Shown piece after piece: positions 58,016-64,000 of a stretch of DNA of 64,000 nt. The translations under genes were made by a program, and so were the position numbers. Source of the DNA: Candidatus Latescibacterota bacterium (lineage in GTDB: Bacteria > Latescibacterota > UBA2968 > GCA-2709665); contig OZ241917.1 in the NCBI GenBank assembly GCA_965203805.1, positions 2,080,001 through 2,144,000 on the forward strand. The letters are read 5' to 3'. Every line of letters starts with the position of its first letter. Within the stretch, counting starts at the first letter, position 1. Below the pieces are notes generated by a model. It saw nothing but the letters and a program-made list of their open reading frames with translations. It made no database searches and was not told where the DNA came from.

Positions 58016-58671
58016 ACGTCGAGGCGAGAGAGACGCTGGAAGCGGTGCGGACGTTCATTAAGGCTCAGGCGGAGTATGGCCTGACCGAATTCAGACTCAC
58101 GCGTACGGACGCAGGGGCACAGCTTGCCGATTTTCACGAATCGATCCGGGACTGCCGGATGTGCGGGCTTTCCGAGGGACGGCGCACCGTGGTCTTCGGC
58201 AGCGGAAGCCCGAATGCGGATCTGATGTTTGTCGGCGAGGCGCCCGGAGCGGACGAAGACAGGACGGGCCTTCCGTTCGTCGGATCCGCCGGCGCATTAC
58301 TGACCCGCATGATCGAGGCCATCGGGTTTCGACGCGAGGACGTCTATATTGCCAATGTCATCAAATGCAGGCCGCCTGCGAACCGGGACCCTTTGCCGAC
58401 GGAAATCGAGACGTGCAGGCCCTATCTCGAACGGCAGATTGAACTCGTTCAGCCAGTAGCCATCTGCGCGCTCGGTCTATTCGCCGCGCAGACACTGCTG
58501 GAATCGGACGAATCGATGGGCAGTCTGCGCGGTCGGCTCTTTTCGTACCGGGGCATTCATCTCATTCCCACCTATCATCCGGCCGCGCTGCTCCGAAACC
58601 AACAATGGAAACGCCCCGCCTGGCAGGACCTGCAGCTTCTCAGGCGGGTGTGCGACGGCGCGTCCGGTTAG
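58006..58671 (+). CDS. Uracil-DNA glycosylase family 4
   Basis: CxxC, GEAPG, PFVG, KCRPP and TYHPAALLR. Confidence 0.92.
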   Translation: MDLDVEARETLEAVRTFIKAQAEYGLTEFRLTRTDAGAQLADFHESIRDCRMCGLSEGRRTVVFGSGSPNADLMFVGEAPGADEDRTGLPFVGSAGALLTRMIEAIGFRREDVYIANVIKCRPPANRDPLPTEIETCRPYLERQIELVQPVAICALGLFAAQTLLESDESMGSLRGRLFSYRGIHLIPTYHPAALLRNQQWKRPAWQDLQLLRRVCDGASG

Positions 58672-58730
58672 AGTCGACCGCGCGGCCGCCTGTCAGTAGA
58701 CGGGACGCGAACCTCTTCAATGGGTATCCA

Positions 58731-60113
58731 ATGGCTTCCCAACCCACCACACAGACACCCGCAGATCGTCCGCATCCCCAGGCGCAGGAGGTGGAACGGG
58801 CGGTACTGGGCGCGATGTTCATTGACAACGCGGCCATCAGCCGGGTGATCGAGGTCCTGGGCGACGAGACGGCGTTTTACCATTCCGCAAACCGCCGGGT
58901 TTACGCTGCCGTCCTCGCACTGTACGAGCGGGGCCTTCCGGTGGATGAAGTCACGGTTGCGGAGGAATTGAAGCGCCGCGGGCAATTCGAAGACGTGGGC
59001 GGGTACGCCTATGTTGCGGGTCTGGGCGGCGAAATGGCAACAGGCGCCAACGCCGAATACCATGCCAGAATCGTGCTCGAACGCGCGCAGCGCCGCAGGT
59101 TGATCGACGCGTCCACGCAGACGATTGCCGAGTGTTACGACGATGGGAAAGAGGTCCGCGAGGTGATCGACAGCGCCGAGCAGCGGGTGTTCCGAATCGC
59201 TGAGGGCGAACTCGGACAGGGCGTCGTTTCGCTTGAGGCCAAGCTGCACGATACGCTGGAACTCATCGAAAGAGCACAGAGACAGGCTGGCGTCCTGTCC
59301 GGCGTCACCACCGGGTATTCCGATCTCAATGGAATAACGGCCGGGCTGCAACGATCGGATCTGATTATCATTGCCTCTCGTCCGTCAATGGGCAAAACGG
59401 CGCTGACATTGTGCATGGCGCGCAATGCCGCCCTGGACGAGGAGACCAGGACACCGGTGCTGTATTTCTCCCTGGAAATGAGTATGCAGCAACTCGCGTT
59501 GCGTCTGCTATGCGCCGAGGCAAGCGTGTCTTCGCACGGATTGCGCACGGGAAGGCTGGCGGCGGAGGACTGGCAGCGGCTGGCGGCCCACGCGGAAAAA
59601 CTGTCGGAGGCGCCTATCTTTATTGACGACACGCCGGGCATCTCCGCACTGGAACTTCGGGCCAAAGCCCGGCGCGCGAAGATGGAGCACAAGATCGGCC
59701 TGATTTTCGTGGATTACATGCAACTGATGACCACCTCGGCGCGAGTGGACAACCGCGAACAGGAAATCGCAAGCATTTCCCGCTCGCTCAAGGCGTTGGC
59801 CAAAGAACTGGACCTTCCGGTCGTGGCCTGCGCGCAGTTGTCGCGGGCCGTCGAATCCAGAACGGACAAGCGACCGCAGCTTTCCGACCTGCGCGAAAGC
59901 GGCAGTATCGAGCAGGACGCCGACGTGGTCGCGTTTCTCTATCGTCCGGGTCACTACGGCCTGTTGGATGACGAGGGCCAGCCTATTCCTGAGGGGAAGG
60001 CTGAGATCATTATCGGCAAGCACCGGAACGGCCCGACGGACAGCGTTCCGCTTACCTTCTTACCGGAAACCTTGCGTTTTGAAAGCAGTCACATACCTGA
60101 CGATCCTTTCTAA
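58731..60113 (+). CDS. dnaB: Replicative DNA helicase
   Basis: ASRPSMGKT, FSLEM, DYMQL, QLSR and DLRESGSIEQDAD; no intein seen. Confidence 0.97.
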   Translation: MASQPTTQTPADRPHPQAQEVERAVLGAMFIDNAAISRVIEVLGDETAFYHSANRRVYAAVLALYERGLPVDEVTVAEELKRRGQFEDVGGYAYVAGLGGEMATGANAEYHARIVLERAQRRRLIDASTQTIAECYDDGKEVREVIDSAEQRVFRIAEGELGQGVVSLEAKLHDTLELIERAQRQAGVLSGVTTGYSDLNGITAGLQRSDLIIIASRPSMGKTALTLCMARNAALDEETRTPVLYFSLEMSMQQLALRLLCAEASVSSHGLRTGRLAAEDWQRLAAHAEKLSEAPIFIDDTPGISALELRAKARRAKMEHKIGLIFVDYMQLMTTSARVDNREQEIASISRSLKALAKELDLPVVACAQLSRAVESRTDKRPQLSDLRESGSIEQDADVVAFLYRPGHYGLLDDEGQPIPEGKAEIIIGKHRNGPTDSVPLTFLPETLRFESSHIPDDPF

Positions 60114-60212
60114 CACAATACGTGCAGCGCGTCGCGGTGGGCAGGCAAACGGCCCGCCCTAAAGTCAGCAACAACCGATTGAGTCAGATCATTCTGATCT
60201 GTCAACACGAGG

Positions 60213-60869
60213 ATGGATATGGAACGTCGACGATCTCCACACCGTTCACACGTAAGGGTTTCCAAACTGCTCTCTCTCATGCTTCGCCATCGGCCGGAAG
60301 AGTTCGGCGTTGAGGTCGATGGGTACGGCTATGCGGATTTCGACGCCGTGATATCCGCATTGAAGAAACAAGACGCGAGTATTGAAACCGAAGACGTCGA
60401 AGCTCTGGTCTACCGGGCCGACAAGAAACGATTCGAGATTGTCGACGGCCGAATCCGGGCGCGCTACGGGCACAGCATTTCCATGGAATTGGGAACCGAT
60501 CCCGTGGAACCTCCGGAACACCTGTACAAGGGCTCAGGCGCATCGGAGGTGGAAGACATCCTGAAAAGCGGCTTGAAGCCCGTCGACCGGCAGTATGTTC
60601 ACCTCTCTTTCGAGGCTGCCGTCGCGCTCAGGCTGGCGGAACACAGGCGGGAGCCAGGCGCCGTGATACGGGTGGAGGCACGCAGGGCCGCCACGGACGG
60701 TATTCAATTCTTCGACTGCGGACCCACGATCCTGGCACGGGAGATTCCGTCTGAGTTTCTGTCCGTCGACGCCCCACCCGCGCCGGCGCCGGATGACGGG
60801 TTGACGGTGAAACAAAGCGAGGGGCCGGTGACGTACGGCAGAAAACGCCGATTCGGGTCCCGGAGATAG
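60213..60869 (+). CDS. kptA: RNA 2'-phosphotransferase (Tpt1/KptA family)
   Basis: SKLLSLMLRH, KKRFE, IRARYGHS and RQYVHLS. Confidence 0.88.
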   Translation: MDMERRRSPHRSHVRVSKLLSLMLRHRPEEFGVEVDGYGYADFDAVISALKKQDASIETEDVEALVYRADKKRFEIVDGRIRARYGHSISMELGTDPVEPPEHLYKGSGASEVEDILKSGLKPVDRQYVHLSFEAAVALRLAEHRREPGAVIRVEARRAATDGIQFFDCGPTILAREIPSEFLSVDAPPAPAPDDGLTVKQSEGPVTYGRKRRFGSRR

Positions 60870-60893
60870 CGCGCGGCGGGAGATATTGATCCG

Positions 60894-61784
60894 ATGGCAA
60901 AACAGGATCGGTCCGGAGCATACGCGTTATTGAATGCAGCCGCCAATCTCACCGGAGAGATTGGCGCCGATCTCGTGTTGCTCGTGGCGGATTCCGGCGT
61001 GAGCCGGACGGCGGTACAATCCCTGAACGATGCCTGCCCGGTCCTGCTGGTCACCCGGCGCGATCGATTTCTTCAGGGCATCGAGGACAACGGGATCCGC
61101 CGGTTAAGGCTGGACCATGACGAGGTCTCCCATCTGGAACGGGTGCGGCATGGGATCACTCTGGGCATGGAAGCCGGTCACATCAAGAAGGGCAGTCGGC
61201 TGATCTGCCTGGCGAGCGCTCTGGAACATGGTGGCGTGGACACCCTGATGACCGTGGACACGCGCAGGGAGTTGGAGGACTTCGATCCGGAGAGCCTGGC
61301 CGCTCTCGCGGGAGAACTGCCCGTTGAAGTGGTCAAATCGGTGCTGGATATCGCCCTTGACATCGGGCGGGAAGGCCGGGAAGGAGAACAGCTCGGCACG
61401 CTCTTCGTGCTTGGCGACTCGGACCGCGTCCTGGCCAATTCCCGCGTGATGACGTATGATCCGTTCCGCGGGTATTCAAAACGAGAGCGGAACATCTGTG
61501 ATCCCGACAACCGCGAAGGCGTAAAGGAAGTCGCCCTGATGGACGGCGCCTTCATCATCCAGGAGGATGGCGTAATACGCTCAGGTTGTCGTTACATTAC
61601 CTCGTATGTGAGGGGTCTCACACTGCCCAAGGGACTGGGCGCACGGCATGTTGCCGCGGCGGCGGTCACCAAAAACACTGACGCCATCGCAGTGGCGGTT
61701 TCGGAGTCCACCGGAACCGTAAGGGCATTCAAACGCGGAGAGATTGTCCTCCGGCGAGATCCGGGCCGACGGATCGCCCGTTAA
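60894..61784 (+). CDS. Diadenylate cyclase, DacZ-like (N-terminal alpha/beta domain + DisA_N)
   Basis: EGREG...GTLFVLGD, MDGAFII, GLGARHVAAA and VSESTGTV. Confidence 0.85.
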   Translation: MAKQDRSGAYALLNAAANLTGEIGADLVLLVADSGVSRTAVQSLNDACPVLLVTRRDRFLQGIEDNGIRRLRLDHDEVSHLERVRHGITLGMEAGHIKKGSRLICLASALEHGGVDTLMTVDTRRELEDFDPESLAALAGELPVEVVKSVLDIALDIGREGREGEQLGTLFVLGDSDRVLANSRVMTYDPFRGYSKRERNICDPDNREGVKEVALMDGAFIIQEDGVIRSGCRYITSYVRGLTLPKGLGARHVAAAAVTKNTDAIAVAVSESTGTVRAFKRGEIVLRRDPGRRIAR

Positions 61785-61833
61785 GCGGCCCGTTCCGGCC
61801 TATGGTGTTCTGTCCCGTCGGAACAAAACCGTG

Positions 61834-62337
61834 ATGAAGATTCGGCTGATCCGGCGCAAGGACGGTATCAAGGCCGTCATTGGGGACAACGTTCAATCGG
61901 TGGCCCGGGTCGCCAGAGCGTTCCCCAGAAGCAAGCCCGACCACTTCGTGGGCCTGTTGGGAGAAGACGGTCGTGAGATCTGTCTGATTGAAGATCCGGG
62001 AACACTGGACAGGCGCTCCCGGGAAGTGTTGAATGCCGCGTTGAAGGAGGCCTACTTCATTCCCCGGATCCGGGAGATCCTGTCGGTGACACCTCAAGGA
62101 ACGGGCGGCGAATGGTCCGTCGTGGCGGAAGACGGTGAACTCGCGTTCCGAACGCAGGATCGCGAGGCGCTGGACGGATCGGAATCCCCGTCCATCACGA
62201 TAACCGACGAGAGCGGCAGGCGTTATCTGATCGAGGACTACTGGGCGTTGGACCGGGACAGTCAGAATACAATCCGCAATCTCGTCCCGGATGAGGTCTT
62301 GCGACGCCGGTCCAGGGTCGTTTCGCTCCGCCGCTGA
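61834..62337 (+). CDS. DUF1854-like protein
   Basis: RAFP...VGL...GREI...YFIPRI...W...ITDESGRRYLI...LD pattern. Confidence 0.7.
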   Translation: MKIRLIRRKDGIKAVIGDNVQSVARVARAFPRSKPDHFVGLLGEDGREICLIEDPGTLDRRSREVLNAALKEAYFIPRIREILSVTPQGTGGEWSVVAEDGELAFRTQDREALDGSESPSITITDESGRRYLIEDYWALDRDSQNTIRNLVPDEVLRRRSRVVSLRR

Positions 62338-62365
62338 CAAGTGCGCGCCTGTAGCGTGGTGCAAT

Positions 62366-63676
62366 ATGGAGGAAAGGCAACGCAGGTTCTTCCTTGCAGG
62401 TATCCTGATCGGACTGTGCGCAATCGGCATGCTGGCAATGGGCGAAGCCCGGTACCGGATGCCGCTTTTTTTTGTACTGTTCGGCCTCTGGATGGTTTTC
62501 TACCTGGCGGCTGTATTGCATTGTACTGCCGCCGCACTCAAGACGGTCGTGCTGTTTGGCATTCTGTTCCGGGTCATCATGCTGTTTTCCCCGCCCGGTC
62601 TATCCGATGACGTGTATAGATACCTGTGGGACGGACGCGTCCAGGCTGCGGGGATAAACCCGTACGCGTACCCGCCGGCTTCGGAAGAACTCGCCGATCT
62701 CAGAGACGATACGGTGTTCCCCCATATAAACCATCCCGACGTTCCGACCATCTACCCGCCACTGTCTCAGGTTTTGTTCAGGCTCTGCAATCTCGTCCAT
62801 CCGTCGATCTGGACCATAAAGTCGGTGCTGGTTCTCTTCGATCTGCTGACGGCATGGTTTCTGCTGGGCCTGATCCGGCTTTACGATCAGCATCCGGGAC
62901 AATTGCTCATCTACCTCTGGCATCCGCTGTTGCTTGTAGAGGTGGCCGGCAACGCCCACGTCGACGCGATGGGCGTCGCGTTCATGGTATTTGCACTCCT
63001 GTATCTTCAAATTGGAGGATACACGCGGGCATTCGTCGCACTGGCCCTCTCCGTTTTGAGCAAGTTCTTTGCCATCTGCCTGGTTCCCGTCTTCTGGCGC
63101 TGGATCAGCGGGAGGATCTCCCGGCGGTCCGGGGGGCGGCTGCCGGCAGGCCTGAGAACGCAGGCCGTGGCGCCCGTACTGATATTCGCCGCGCTGATAG
63201 CGGCCGGGTACCTGCCCTACCGGGAGGCAGGACAAAACCTGTTCGCAGGCTTCCTGATCTACGCCGAACACTGGAGCTTCAACGCGCCGGTCTTTGGCAT
63301 CCTGAGTTATCTGCTGGATAGCCCGCTGTGGGCTCGCATGGTCATCGCGGTTGGGTTTTCGGGGGCGGTGATTCTGTTCACGTTCAGCCGGATGCCGCCG
63401 ATTCAGGCGGCGTTCTTCCTTGTTGGGACCTTTCTGTTACTCACGCCGACGTTACACCCCTGGTATGCGATCTGGATCTTACCCTTCATGGTATTTTACA
63501 GACAGCCCGCATGGCTGGTCTTTACCGGGCTTATCGCAGTCTCGTATCACGTGCTGATAAAATACGCGAGCGAGGAAATATGGGAGGAGGCGGTCTGGGT
63601 GAAGTTCGTGTTATTCGGCGGATTTGCGCTTGTCTGGGGATTCGAACGGATTAAGCGGAGACGCGGTCATACTTGA
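62366..63676 (+). CDS. GT-C glycosyltransferase (family 87-like mannosyltransferase)
   Basis: LSDDVYRYLWDG, NPYAYPP, TIYPP, GNAHVD and HPWY; multiple TM segments. Confidence 0.85.
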   Translation: MEERQRRFFLAGILIGLCAIGMLAMGEARYRMPLFFVLFGLWMVFYLAAVLHCTAAALKTVVLFGILFRVIMLFSPPGLSDDVYRYLWDGRVQAAGINPYAYPPASEELADLRDDTVFPHINHPDVPTIYPPLSQVLFRLCNLVHPSIWTIKSVLVLFDLLTAWFLLGLIRLYDQHPGQLLIYLWHPLLLVEVAGNAHVDAMGVAFMVFALLYLQIGGYTRAFVALALSVLSKFFAICLVPVFWRWISGRISRRSGGRLPAGLRTQAVAPVLIFAALIAAGYLPYREAGQNLFAGFLIYAEHWSFNAPVFGILSYLLDSPLWARMVIAVGFSGAVILFTFSRMPPIQAAFFLVGTFLLLTPTLHPWYAIWILPFMVFYRQPAWLVFTGLIAVSYHVLIKYASEEIWEEAVWVKFVLFGGFALVWGFERIKRRRGHT

Positions 63677-63687
63677 AATTCGTCGGA

Positions 63688-63718
63688 AGACGCCGTTCAG
63701 ATTGGACGGCGTCTCTTT
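63688..63718. terminator. Hairpin between convergent genes
   Basis: AGACGCCGT-9 nt-ACGGCGTCT then CTTT. Confidence 0.6.
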
Positions 63719-63794
63719 GACGTGGAGGTCTGGGACCCATTGGTGAGCTTCTTGAAAGCACCAACGGCCGGTCCCGTCGACTGGCTGTCGCAGT

Positions 63795-64000
63795 CTAAAC
63801 AGCCTTGCCGAACAGGAGCGCGAACCGCACGAAGTCCGAAAAGGCGACTCTACCATCGTCGTCCAGGTCGAACCGGGGATCGGAGGAGCCGAAGGCGCTG
63901 GCGAAGAGTAGAAAATCGGTAAAATCAACCGCGCCGCTTCCGTCGAAGTCCGCGACTGCCGCCGCAGGAAAGATGGTCCGATCAGGAGTAAACGTAATGT
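63795..64000 (-). CDS. C-terminal end of a protein with a dockerin/EF-hand pair (truncated; absent from ORF track)
   Basis: My translation: ...ADFDGSGAVDFTDFLLFASAFGSSDPRFDLDDDGRVAFSDFVRFALLFGKAV*, with the stop at 63795-63797. Confidence 0.85.
   Translation of the reverse strand, partial: ITFTPDRTIFPAAAVADFDGSGAVDFTDFLLFASAFGSSDPRFDLDDDGRVAFSDFVRFALLFGKAV

Noticed and set aside
58731-60113. Intein in DnaB
   Set aside because: Normal length (460 aa) with continuous helicase motifs.
60140-60175. c-di-GMP-I riboswitch-like GGCAAAC...CCTAAA
   Set aside because: Too short; it lacks the GNRA/receptor arms and second stem.

Overview
High-GC bacterial chromosomal window with about 47 genes and no rRNA, tRNA, CRISPR array, transposase or integrase that I can support. 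Two GWxTD-like TPR proteins, two PorV-like barrels, a T9SS-type C-terminal sorting domain, DFDGxGxVDFxDF dockerin/EF-hand modules, a DUF6785-like membrane protein and a sulfatase suggest an FCB-group candidate lineage such as Latescibacterota; this is inference, not a database result. The left part (1-24 kb, all minus strand) holds a sulfatase, an NHL lipoprotein, an FGE-domain protein, GWxTD-1, an aminotransferase/transporter/GGT/DegT cluster, GWxTD-2 and an OMP-TonB receptor-CTD cargo-PorV cassette. The middle holds sucD, rpiA, an HTH-MBL fusion, a peptidase-PD40-Omp85 fusion, era, and an L,D-transpeptidase/dead-paralogue/PorV operon. The right part holds a giant nicastrin-like pseudo-M28/FtsX permease next to an OPT-like transporter, followed by the core yicC-gmk-rpoZ-coaBC-udg-dnaB operon extended by kptA, a DacZ-like cyclase, DUF1854 and GT87. 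Intergenic DNA carries a dispersed family of 9-mer and 7-mer periodic repeats plus REP-like palindromes. Best candidates for an undescribed system are the pseudo-peptidase/FtsX + OPT-like module, the SusD-less TonB/CTD/PorV cassette with neighbouring GWxTD proteins, the LDT/pseudo-LDT/PorV operon and the gene-proximal repeat family. All protein calls come from recognising motifs by eye, and several start codons were re-chosen relative to the ORF track.
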